From: an uncultured virus (IMG/VR IMGVR_UViG_3300005253_001911)
Lineage: Duplodnaviria > Heunggongvirae > Uroviricota > Caudoviricetes
Strand: one strand, 5' to 3'
DNA: 64,000 bases
IMG/VR virus record: IMGVR_UViG_3300005253_001911
Shown here piece after piece: positions 47,654-58,500 of the stretch. The notes beneath the pieces are model-generated. The model was given only the letters and a program-made list of their open reading frames with translations, did no database searches and was not told the origin of the DNA. How positions within the stretch are numbered: the stretch's first letter is position 1; each line of letters starts with the position of its first letter. The position numbers and the translations under genes are program-made.

Positions 47654-50600
47654 TCACACCGTTGTGAGCCATTCTACAAGGATGCTTGCAGTATTTGGGC
47701 TCTGTGCAAATCTTTCATTTTTAGCAGGTCTTACATATATAGTTTTACTCGTCCCAGCTGGTACAGCTTGAAAAACTATAGGTAAATTTGTAGAACCCAT
47801 GCCGTAAAAATCAGTACCATTCTCGCTGATCTGCAAAAATTCATTAGCGGTGTATGAAATATCTTTTTCTACTCCCTCTGTTTCTATATTAAATTCAGTC
47901 TTACAATAGTTATAAATTTTTACGTTGTCAAAAATCGCGCTTCCATAAGTGTCACTATTATGTGCGGTCTGAGCGGTAGCTCCGCCTAGTTTTATGACCG
48001 CTGATTTCGTATCATTTACCCGCCAGGCAATTTTACTTGTTACAATCAACTCATTGTTTATGTAAATCCTAATGGTGTCTTTATTGTCAGTAAATGAGCC
48101 ATCATGGCTCCATACAAATGCTATGTGTATAATTTCATTTATGCTTATGAAACTATTAGACGGTAAATCCCCTACATCTATCTCAAAAGTACTCAGAGCT
48201 TTTCTTATATGTCCTGTAATTGGCTGTAGCCATGCTCCTGATTTTATTCCCAGCGAAATAATATTGTTGTTATTATTTACCATCGAGAATAATAATCGAG
48301 AATTTAAATCATTAAATAAATTCCTTCCAGTGCTATCAGTGTATGGTTTCATCCAGAATTCTATAGTACCTCGTTCTAATGTCATCCCTGCTAGCGGAAT
48401 TTCTAAATAATCATGCCCAATAAGGCACATCCCTTTGTCAAATTTGACATCGTCTTCAAACACATTTCGTTGTATTTTTAGATCATCTATATTCATAATA
48501 AATGCCTGACCAACCCCACGAAATCTAAGTCTAATGGACGACAGATCCTTGCCATTATTTTTAAAATCTATCTTGGGAGACACAAAGCCAAATATAGATT
48601 CAAATTCATCAGCGGACGGATAAAATTCACTTGCGTCTTCAAATTTCAGCCGCATATCATTCCAGCCTGTACTTAAACTCATATCACTTACATCCCATTT
48701 ATAGTAAGCATTGTCCGCGCTATTTATCACACCAAAAGTTACATCCCCAAAACTCAAGTCCAATTTACTTACATCACTTATATACCACCAGAAGTGTAGT
48801 ACGTCTTTTATATCAAAATACTCATCGAAGCCAAAATCATCACCCTCTATAAACGATACCGTATCAGCAGTAGATGAATCTGGATAGTCTATCTTTAGGG
48901 ATCTTCTACCGACTTTAACAGTTAAGGCATCATTACTTAAAGTACTAATCGTTGAGTTCCACCACCAGTTATATTCAGTAGGATTATATTTAGTATCTCC
49001 AAACACCTTCAAAGTACTTAAATAATCTTTACCATATTTACCAGAATCGTCGTCATATGAATAATTCTCAGCGATATCTCTTTTAACCGATACCCATTTG
49101 ATAAGTCCAGTAGATCGGTATATATTAGGATTTCTAATCCCCCAAGTATATGTGGGATCTATATGCTGTACCCCCTTTACTGTATACCTACCAGCCTCAG
49201 GTACAGTAATAGTGCCTGATTCATTAAGCCATGTAGTTGCAACATCTATATCCGCAAAATAATCAACCGTAGCCGGACCAACTAGTCTTAAACTAATTTT
49301 TGATTCCTCGGGGTAATCAGCAGTAAATAAATCTGTACTGGCATAGGCAGCCCACTCAACTATATATGTACCAACATCAAAATACACATTAGTACCAAAT
49401 ACATACTCAGTAGCACCGGCATCCACCCAACTATCGGTTTTCTGATAATATGTAATATATTCTCCATCTAGTGTGAATGAAACTTTCTGTGGGTCATCAA
49501 ATATATTATCAGAATACTTAAAAAATGTCTCATTATTATCCCAGTCTGTATCTGTATCTGTCACATCCTTATTAATAAGCGAATGATTCGTCACATCAAA
49601 CTGATCAGTAAGATCTGTAGCAACTATAGGCCAATCCTCACTATTTACATACCCAGAATCTGTATATGTATATATCTCTATTTCACGCAAATAACTTCCT
49701 TTAAACAGTTCATACAAGCCAGTCTCCTCATCAATAATTAACTGCCTTTCATAATCATATCCAGTTATTGTTAGTTTGGCTCTTAAAGCACTTATAGGAT
49801 CAAACTGATGCAGTCTATAATGATCACTGTTACTGCTCACTGAAACTACAGGATTATATATTTCTCCATCAAAATGTAATACAAGTTTAGCATAATCATC
49901 TATGCCAGAATTAGTAACACTATAAGCTTCTGTTGGCGGGGTAAAATTAGAAGTCCATCTAGAGTCTCCTTTAGATATACGCAGTTCATCCATATATCCA
50001 TTGAAGTTTCTATCAAATGTAGTTCCTTTAGCACCTATATATAATGGATACTCAAGTGGAGTATTAGATCCCACACCAGAAGTAGTCGTACCTATTTGTT
50101 GGCCGTCCACAAATAATCTAACGGTACCAGAAAATGAAGTCACAGCTACATGATACCACGTATTCAAAGAGGGAGTCCAGTCCTGCTCTATAACATTGGG
50201 TGTAGATGCACGATAAGGTACATATCTTAATTTATTAGTACTATTTTTATAATCAACTTGAAATGCAACATTAGGATCAACGTCTGCTCCGAACCATAAA
50301 AATGTATCAAAACCATCAGCAGTATTAAAGCTAGAAAATTTAACTCTAAAATCTATAGCATAATGATTCGATCTAAAATCCCAATCATCACTGTCATCTA
50401 TTGTCAAATAAGTAGTAGATCCATCAAAGTACATACTATCCCCAAAAACACCTGTTGATGAAGAATAACGTACTGATGGAGTAACCTCATGTCCAGGATC
50501 ATATACTGAGTATGCAGTACTAAAAGTATAATTAGTATTCATAACCCCAGAATCTGCAGGATCATATCCATGATATAGTACAACTTTATTTATAGTGTAG

Positions 50601-53600
50601 GTTTGATCAAAATCTATTCGCATATAAGGATCTACGCTATCTACCTCTTGAAATCCCCAACAAGCTTGAGCTCTATAATCATTGTTTACACCATTTACAG
50701 CGTTCTCTGGATAGTAGTCCAAAAAGTAATAATTAGTGCCTGTAACTGTAGCATCATAGGCCACATTTATAGGCGGATTATAATCCGATAGTATATTACC
50801 CAAAGATTGCCATTCACAGTTGTACCCGCCAGCAGGTCCAAAAACTGTCTCTATTTCAGGATAAATACCAAGTTTTCTCAGGCATCTAGTAGTTTCATCA
50901 CCGGTCAGTATGTTTACACGTAGCCATCTTAAATCACTGCGCGTACTATTATCCCAAGTTACATTATACGGGCTTGAAACCTCACTATTAGAATAATCCA
51001 TGTTTGAGTCTGACAGTAATAATTTATTAGTAGCACTACCGTAATTTCGTATTACATCTATATCGTACCTATTAGACAAATCAATTACAAAATAAGTATT
51101 ATATGTACTATTCGAATAGTTAAAACTTAAATTACCACTTTCATCGTCCCATAAAATATAATTATTATCATTTACAGAATTAACATAAACATTGGCGGAA
51201 TTAAAAAACTCTGAAAGATGATTTTGATGTATAATTCTTATTTTATTAACAGGATCTAAGCCTGTCAATTTAAACCCTATAGCAGTGTTATATCCAGATA
51301 TACCAGGCCCAGGATTCATATCTACACCATCAGAAACTACCCCACTGCTTTGAGCCATATTGTCATTACTACTATCAAAATATACTTTCTCTATCTCAAC
51401 TAAGGTATCGTTATAATAAGCATCAATATATCTTGCTTCCACCGACATCAAAGGACTTTTAATATCTACATCGTCTATCCATCCAGATATTGAATTACCC
51501 TGAGAACCATGATTAGCATGGACTATACCAAATTTGGTACTATCCCAAGCTATACTGCTGCTCATCGATCTAGTACCAAACAAACTAGCACCATCCCATG
51601 TATCTGTCCATATAAACATAGCATAAGAACCGGACCCATTAGACGTTACTTTTACATAATAATCCGTATTCATTTGCCAATAAGGCCCTGGATTGACAAT
51701 TGCCACTAAATCCGAAATAGAGCCATTCATATTTGTAACCTTTAGTTCTATTGAATTCCAACCAGTAGAATTTAGATAAAAAGAAAGGCGCAATCCAGCC
51801 TTAACTATCGGAATATTTGTCAAGCCTATGCTGACTCCAGCCAGACCACTGTTACTAGTAGCTCTGAACTTAAATTTAATTTCAAGTGAATCAGCTTCTG
51901 AGATTGTGCTATTAAATGTTTTGTAAGCCAGTTGATACCCAGCATTATCTTTGTATACTGTAAAACTAAATCGCTTATTAATACTATCCCAACCGCCGCC
52001 ATAAGAATAACTACCAGTATTCGATATCGTCCAGTTTGGATCCACATTAAAAGCATCTACATAGTCTATAATAAGTGGAAATCCTATTTTCCAATATTCA
52101 CTAGACACTGAATTGAAAGTAAATTCAGTTTTTCTATAAGAGTTATTGCAAAAATCCAAAGATACACCGCTGGAAATAGTACCATAACTTTGCCAGTGTT
52201 CATCGTCCTCGTTATAATAAGCATTTTTACTATTAGACAATATATTTTTCAATGCATAAGAAGGTGTGTTTATTGCGCATTGACTATTGTCATTTCTTAT
52301 ATTATGATCATCGCTTTTGAATAGTTTGCACCCCGGACCTATTTCTGGCTTCTCTATCTCATCGTAAGAACCCATCTTGCTCCAGAACACTAGGTTATCC
52401 ACCTCATAGGTCTGGCGAGGTAAATCCACAGTCAAATCAAACGGCTTGTCATAAACATTTTCCAATGTAATAGGAGTAGCTTCATTTACTGCACCAGATT
52501 TAGCGTGATCTAATAACACAATATCAGAACAATCGCCTGTTTTTACTTGATCCCCGACCAATAATTCTATTTCATTAATAGAAAACTCAGTAGAGGCATC
52601 AAACTCCATAGTAATATATCTAGGAGCTCCTCCTAGAAAAGCTTGTATTTTTCCAGAAGTTAGTTCGTTAAAAGATGGAGAAACCCATATTTCTCCATAG
52701 TCTGAAAAAGACAATGTGACATTATCCAAAAGGGATGGGGTGGTTTTCATTTTACTATAAAGCTCTATCTCTGATATTTTAGTACTATTATGATGATTAG
52801 TATAAATTCTAAACCCAAGAGACTCTATCTCGTCAAAGTTATGTTCTATTATAGTCCAATCGGTACCTATAGATGCACTATATTCCTCCCAATTTATAGG
52901 ATCTTTATTTCCACTTGCATACCTAACTCGTGCACTCGTAGGATTATTAAATATATAATCATTATCTCCAGGTAAATATTCTATACCGTCTAACTTTACT
53001 GAATTATAAGAAGGAATTAATCGAAATTTAGTATCATCAGCATTACCAGTAAATTCATATCGACCTAAATAATAAGACAACGCCATACTTCTAAAGTTAT
53101 TTCTCTCCTTGAAATAAACAATGCTTTTATGTATAGGAGCAGATTTTTCATTGGGAAATTTTAGAATAAAAGCTATAGGATCATATTTAAATCCACCAAT
53201 TCCACGTGGAACATTTGGCCAACAATATTCTGTCTTACCTGTACATGTATAATTATACAACCACTCAGCATCCCCATTCACATAAAAATATGAGTGGTTG
53301 TCACCAGTTGTATACAACCCACTGGAATCAGATCCATAACTAGTACCTACCTGTCCATTATCTGCGGTGCGAATAGAATCATCCAGAGCGTCTCTACCGT
53401 AATACGTATTAGTATGAATATCTGTAAATCCAACAATAGTAATCCAATTTATTCCAGTATGATAATGCGATTGACTAAATAAATCCACTTCCCAACTCAC
53501 ATCAAGACAACTAGCAACGTTAAACTCAAAATAGCTTGCATCCTCACTGCCATATATATTTATTTCTTCCACATTTATTCTGTCACCAAGATCTATATCA

Positions 53601-55192
53601 AGTATAGTGTTAGTTTGCCATCTATCTCCCCTAGCATAAATAGAAAGCCCAGCCAATCCATAGGAAAACGGAACACCAGGATCAAAAATACCTGTTGCTT
53701 CACCGTTTATTTGACAGAAAGTAGCATCTGGCAAACCGGTCTTTGACACGCCAACATACAAATCAGCGTTATATATCCCTATAAGATCACCTTTGTTTAC
53801 AAGTATATCGCAATCTACTCTATATACCAATGGTCTAGAAGTATATAGATATGAAGCGTTCTCTGTTGGCAAGCTCAATGAGTATACGGTTAATAATTGA
53901 CCATCACTTCTGGGCCTCAAAATTTTTATCCTCGACGCGCTATCTACTTTACCATACATATAAACAGCTTTTAATTTACCATTATTATCTATAGGGTGTG
54001 AATAATCTATTATGGTCTTACCCACATTATTTAAAGAATCATAATACTCGCCTGCCGCTAAACTAGATATAAGCCTATAAGTACCTACTTCATTGAAATC
54101 TCGTCTACCACCCTCCACACTGTATTGAGTAGGATCATGCATATATGCAAAGTTATCTGTATCACCATCTATAAGTTTACTTATCTCATAAGCCGAAAGA
54201 AATCTTGATGATGCATAATCAAAACCCGTAGCTGGATTAGTACCTGTTACTTTGGTTGATATATCATTTTCCTCTGAATCTTCAAACCCCAACGACTTAG
54301 CCGCGGAACCTGTTATTCCAACAGCACTTGTTGTTCCTACAGTACCAGAAGTTATTTTCAACTTATTTAGTTCAGAATACTCACAACTAGAATATGAATA
54401 ACCACCTATATTAAACGTACTTATTTTGTTAGCAATTATTTTAGCTATATCTATACCAGTTGCGTTTTCATTATCGCCGAGATTAAAATATTCATACCCA
54501 TACCCATCAATGTCAACTGCCAGTTCATCACTAACACCAGACACAGTAGTATAAAAACTACTAGATGTACCAGCCACACAACTGCCTCTTATACCAGCGC
54601 CAGGGCAGTTATGCTCGTAGAAAGGAAAATAAGAACATTGAGTATTATCACACGCAAATTTAGATAATGAACTAATCTTTATGAACTTAATAGCAAAGTG
54701 ATCACCAGACCACCCATCTATAAACGGATAAACTCTTAAATTATTTATGTTGCCCTGCCACTCAGGAGCTGGCCCCATATTTATACTATAAAGTCTCCAC
54801 TTATCATCAACTACAAGATCAAAATCTATCTGCTTAGTAGAATCCCACACTGCTTCGCCTAATCTTAACCATTGTATACGTCCTGTAGTAAGACCCCCTA
54901 CAACTTTATCTGGATTATTATTAGTAACCTTCATCAATATTTTAATATAATAATAATCTTCTGCTTCCACCACCGAGAATACATTATTACGACTTATATA
55001 ACAGCTTCTATCATTTGCAGTACCAAACAATGTGCCATTCCAACATCCATATAAATAAATATTGTTATAAATGTCCCAATTATCCACGTCGCCATTTATA
55101 TGAAAATCAGATGAATAAGCATCCAATGTATCATGTACACAGAGAAATGAATTTTCAATTATTCTTGCGTCCCGAAGGAAGTTGTATGGCAT
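47654..55192 (-). CDS. Very large virion/tail protein, 2512 aa, with carbohydrate-binding-like, discoidin-like and LamG domains
   Basis: WQGNINNLRVYP, ENAVNG...RIDFDQTYTINKVVLY...LREIEIY, WYHVAVT...YMDELRISKG, GTIEFWMKP...HIAFVW...FDNVKIYN. Confidence 0.75.
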   Translation of the reverse strand: MPYNFLRDARIIENSFLCVHDTLDAYSSDFHINGDVDNWDIYNNIYLYGCWNGTLFGTANDRSCYISRNNVFSVVEAEDYYYIKILMKVTNNNPDKVVGGLTTGRIQWLRLGEAVWDSTKQIDFDLVVDDKWRLYSINMGPAPEWQGNINNLRVYPFIDGWSGDHFAIKFIKISSLSKFACDNTQCSYFPFYEHNCPGAGIRGSCVAGTSSSFYTTVSGVSDELAVDIDGYGYEYFNLGDNENATGIDIAKIIANKISTFNIGGYSYSSCEYSELNKLKITSGTVGTTSAVGITGSAAKSLGFEDSEENDISTKVTGTNPATGFDYASSRFLSAYEISKLIDGDTDNFAYMHDPTQYSVEGGRRDFNEVGTYRLISSLAAGEYYDSLNNVGKTIIDYSHPIDNNGKLKAVYMYGKVDSASRIKILRPRSDGQLLTVYSLSLPTENASYLYTSRPLVYRVDCDILVNKGDLIGIYNADLYVGVSKTGLPDATFCQINGEATGIFDPGVPFSYGLAGLSIYARGDRWQTNTILDIDLGDRINVEEINIYGSEDASYFEFNVASCLDVSWEVDLFSQSHYHTGINWITIVGFTDIHTNTYYGRDALDDSIRTADNGQVGTSYGSDSSGLYTTGDNHSYFYVNGDAEWLYNYTCTGKTEYCWPNVPRGIGGFKYDPIAFILKFPNEKSAPIHKSIVYFKERNNFRSMALSYYLGRYEFTGNADDTKFRLIPSYNSVKLDGIEYLPGDNDYIFNNPTSARVRYASGNKDPINWEEYSASIGTDWTIIEHNFDEIESLGFRIYTNHHNSTKISEIELYSKMKTTPSLLDNVTLSFSDYGEIWVSPSFNELTSGKIQAFLGGAPRYITMEFDASTEFSINEIELLVGDQVKTGDCSDIVLLDHAKSGAVNEATPITLENVYDKPFDLTVDLPRQTYEVDNLVFWSKMGSYDEIEKPEIGPGCKLFKSDDHNIRNDNSQCAINTPSYALKNILSNSKNAYYNEDDEHWQSYGTISSGVSLDFCNNSYRKTEFTFNSVSSEYWKIGFPLIIDYVDAFNVDPNWTISNTGSYSYGGGWDSINKRFSFTVYKDNAGYQLAYKTFNSTISEADSLEIKFKFRATSNSGLAGVSIGLTNIPIVKAGLRLSFYLNSTGWNSIELKVTNMNGSISDLVAIVNPGPYWQMNTDYYVKVTSNGSGSYAMFIWTDTWDGASLFGTRSMSSSIAWDSTKFGIVHANHGSQGNSISGWIDDVDIKSPLMSVEARYIDAYYNDTLVEIEKVYFDSSNDNMAQSSGVVSDGVDMNPGPGISGYNTAIGFKLTGLDPVNKIRIIHQNHLSEFFNSANVYVNSVNDNNYILWDDESGNLSFNYSNSTYNTYFVIDLSNRYDIDVIRNYGSATNKLLLSDSNMDYSNSEVSSPYNVTWDNSTRSDLRWLRVNILTGDETTRCLRKLGIYPEIETVFGPAGGYNCEWQSLGNILSDYNPPINVAYDATVTGTNYYFLDYYPENAVNGVNNDYRAQACWGFQEVDSVDPYMRIDFDQTYTINKVVLYHGYDPADSGVMNTNYTFSTAYSVYDPGHEVTPSVRYSSSTGVFGDSMYFDGSTTYLTIDDSDDWDFRSNHYAIDFRVKFSSFNTADGFDTFLWFGADVDPNVAFQVDYKNSTNKLRYVPYRASTPNVIEQDWTPSLNTWYHVAVTSFSGTVRLFVDGQQIGTTTSGVGSNTPLEYPLYIGAKGTTFDRNFNGYMDELRISKGDSRWTSNFTPPTEAYSVTNSGIDDYAKLVLHFDGEIYNPVVSVSSNSDHYRLHQFDPISALRAKLTITGYDYERQLIIDEETGLYELFKGSYLREIEIYTYTDSGYVNSEDWPIVATDLTDQFDVTNHSLINKDVTDTDTDWDNNETFFKYSDNIFDDPQKVSFTLDGEYITYYQKTDSWVDAGATEYVFGTNVYFDVGTYIVEWAAYASTDLFTADYPEESKISLRLVGPATVDYFADIDVATTWLNESGTITVPEAGRYTVKGVQHIDPTYTWGIRNPNIYRSTGLIKWVSVKRDIAENYSYDDDSGKYGKDYLSTLKVFGDTKYNPTEYNWWWNSTISTLSNDALTVKVGRRSLKIDYPDSSTADTVSFIEGDDFGFDEYFDIKDVLHFWWYISDVSKLDLSFGDVTFGVINSADNAYYKWDVSDMSLSTGWNDMRLKFEDASEFYPSADEFESIFGFVSPKIDFKNNGKDLSSIRLRFRGVGQAFIMNIDDLKIQRNVFEDDVKFDKGMCLIGHDYLEIPLAGMTLERGTIEFWMKPYTDSTGRNLFNDLNSRLLFSMVNNNNNIISLGIKSGAWLQPITGHIRKALSTFEIDVGDLPSNSFISINEIIHIAFVWSHDGSFTDNKDTIRIYINNELIVTSKIAWRVNDTKSAVIKLGGATAQTAHNSDTYGSAIFDNVKIYNYCKTEFNIETEGVEKDISYTANEFLQISENGTDFYGMGSTNLPIVFQAVPAGTSKTIYVRPAKNERFAQSPNTASILVEWLTTV

Positions 55193-55585
55193 TTACTTTT
55201 CTTTCCTTATCGTACATTGTTTAATAATATCCACAAGACAGTAGCCATCTCCGGCAAAGCCGCTGCATTGGCCACAGTGTTCCAAGCCATTATCTGCGTC
55301 CACGGCTTGTGTATTTATATGTTCAGAAAACATTTTCTGTTTCTTGAGTTCCATTACCTGTTGGGCTGTTTTTCTTCGATATCTTAACTCCCACTCTTTA
55401 TATGTAAAGTTATAGGTTTTTTCACATAATCTACATTGATATACCAGATATTGTTGGATAGATGCATCCACAACTTTACCTTCATCATCGACTAAATAAT
55501 CCATATCCTTCATATATTGGTCTAGAGTGGCCATGTCGTTGATTACTAACCCCTCGCCGCAATTATCACAATCTATATCGAACAT
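55193..55585 (-). CDS. Cys-rich hypothetical protein
   Basis: CDNC, CRLC, CGQC..., C, C. Confidence 0.7.
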   Translation of the reverse strand: MFDIDCDNCGEGLVINDMATLDQYMKDMDYLVDDEGKVVDASIQQYLVYQCRLCEKTYNFTYKEWELRYRRKTAQQVMELKKQKMFSEHINTQAVDADNGLEHCGQCSGFAGDGYCLVDIIKQCTIRKEK

Positions 55586-55593
55586 AATATCTC

Positions 55594-58500
55594 CTAGTTT
55601 AATGACGCTACAGAACCCGCCAATTGCATAGTTACAGAGCCATACTCTGACGCATTAATTCTGTTTGCTACTTCCTCATTTCGTGCCAGCTCCGGACCAA
55701 TATATCCCATTGGATTAGTAAGTACTGCCCCCATACCATTCTCCCATGCTGTAAATACATCTATACTCCAATTCAAAGTGCCAGTACATTTATGTTGAAA
55801 CACATATTCAAACACATTTTCAGTAGATCTCCAGAATATTGAGCCGTGTTTACCACAATTACTGATCTGTTCTATATTTTTATAATCGGCTATAAAAAGG
55901 TGGCCACAAGGACTATAAGTACCTTGTTTGTCTACGCTTTTAAGTGGACGAACCACTGAATTATGAAACGAGCAACCCCAAGCTGGAAAAGTTATACCTA
56001 TTTCAAGCAACTTACTATCAAGACTTGGTGGAGCTACAGAGGTAAGTGAGAATGAGGTTTCGCCCTCGTTTATTATGGCATCATATATATTTTTTTGTTC
56101 TTCCTCTGCCTTATACAACCAACTTAATCCTCCACCTACTCCTATTGACATCGCTTCCTTGTCTGAATGGGTCTCAAATAGTATACGTCCTCTACTTTTG
56201 TTCATAGTTTTAATGTTGCCAGCACTACTAGGCATTCCAACAACCCCACCTATACTATCATATTGATAAACAGTAGATCTATCCTTTGGTATGACATAAA
56301 GCAAGGATCCTGTACTATCAGCGCCGTGGGGCGGAAAGTCACCATGTTTTCCAACTGATATATTATATTTACGCTCCCATGTAGTTATATCTTCTGTGGA
56401 ATCTTCGAATCTATTATAGTATACATAAACATTCTGTATATGTACTTGATTTAATACCCCACTCTTATTATAATAATTACTCAAATTGCCCTTGGCATTA
56501 ATTTCTTCAGTGGTTGCTTTTAATCTAATTTTTATTCTAAGGTATTGATAAGGACTTTTAATATCATTGACATTGAAAGCTATATCATAAAATCCCCTAA
56601 CAGATCTTAGTGTATCTTTACTACCCGACAAAAACATACTATCTACTTTACTTATCTCAGTAAATGAAATGCCGTCTGCAGATTTATATATTGTAACTCC
56701 GGGAAGATGATACAAATCACCAAGAAATATCGATTCCGCTGTATTTGGCGTGCCTCCTTCTACTTCTTCAGCTCCCAATCCAAAATCAATAGAGACAGCT
56801 CCAATAGACATATCATTTGCCAATTTCATGTCTATGTTTAATTCGTTAGAGCCATCACAGTACTTCAAATTTAGATTATATTCCGCAGGATAAAACTCTG
56901 TTAAATCTTCTAGAGACGCCCAGTTATTATTTTCCTTTTCTCCTGCAGTCATACAGTCTGCTAATTTATCCAACTTTATTTCATAATCTTCTGAATTCAA
57001 TAAAACTGCACTTCGAGGTAAATACTTGAGCATCCCCGATCTAATAGTAACATCTAAACCTCTTTGATAATACTCTAAAACCTCATCACCTATTGAATCA
57101 TAAGTTGTAATAGTCCTATCCGCATCTGGAGTTGTGCTAGTAAATCCAGTATCAAATAAAGTAACCTCGGTCACCCACGGGGATGTAGTACATGTATCAT
57201 ATAGGGTTTTGTTACATCCGATACCATCGGCCCACACACCATCTAAATCAAAACATCTCTTAGGGCCACTATTTAGTTTTATACTCCATATAGGATCGTC
57301 ACCGTAGTTACCTATGCCCTCCTCTACAGGCGCCGTCAACCAAAGCACTTGATCTCCTTCATCACAAACTAATCTATGTTCGCCTAACATATAATCATAT
57401 TTATAATCAGGATGTTCTACATTGAAATAAATATGCCGGCCTATAATATCATCTCCAGATTTACGTTGCGGGGTAACAAGTTTTTCTTCCATTAAAGTGG
57501 AATTATCTATGGTAGGATGATCTCCTATATAAGTATAACTAGCACAGGTTCTATCTGATGTATTAAGATCGTATCTTTCTAACTCGCCCCACAATTCCTG
57601 CCAAGCCCATTGTATAGACTTTGATAGGTCTCCTTCTGGATAATCTTTATATGTATACCACGTAATAATTGGTACCAGTACACTATTGATTAGTCTGTAA
57701 TATGGATCTTTGGGAAACGGATAATACAGCCCCGCTAATGAACTATGGGTTCTAAATACCTCGTCGAAATCATATCTCATTGCTACTAAAGCGGCCATCT
57801 CCATACTCTCACTAATTTGCACGCCTTCTATAGTATCGTTTACCGTCAAAAATCCAAACTGATGCATAAAACTACTAGTATCATCATAAAAATCATTGCT
57901 ACAATACATTAAATATGGATAAGAAGATGTTGGATTAGTAATACTTGCACTGGCATAAAACTCGTTTATTGGAACCCATTTTCGCTTACGTATAAAACTC
58001 GTTCCTTGTACTACATAATAATCTATGTTATCCATTGATCTATAACTTCTCATAAAATCTCTATAAGTATTACCGAATTTAGGCGAAGCGCCACTATTTT
58101 GTAGCATCTTTACTTTGTCTAATCCAGTTACCCCACCCCTATATCTACCATACCCCGTAAAAAGATTTTCAGTCTTTTTAGTTGAATTACAATAAGACCA
58201 ATCACATAAACAATTCCATAATGACGCGTGTGAATCACACGTCTCTCCAAAACTATCAGCTGGGCCTAACATACGCATATCATGGCTGCCATGCGGCGGA
58301 TCAGCCCAGTCTTCCCAAAATACTTCCATAATTCGTATATCCCACTCACTAAGATTGCCTGTTATATTATATCTGTCATAAGAATTACAATCAACATACG
58401 GATACCACATAGGCCCAAGACCACTGTTAAAACTTAAATCATGATCACCACATGGAGGTGTATATCCTTTATAAACTGGATCTGGATCAACTCTTTTGCC

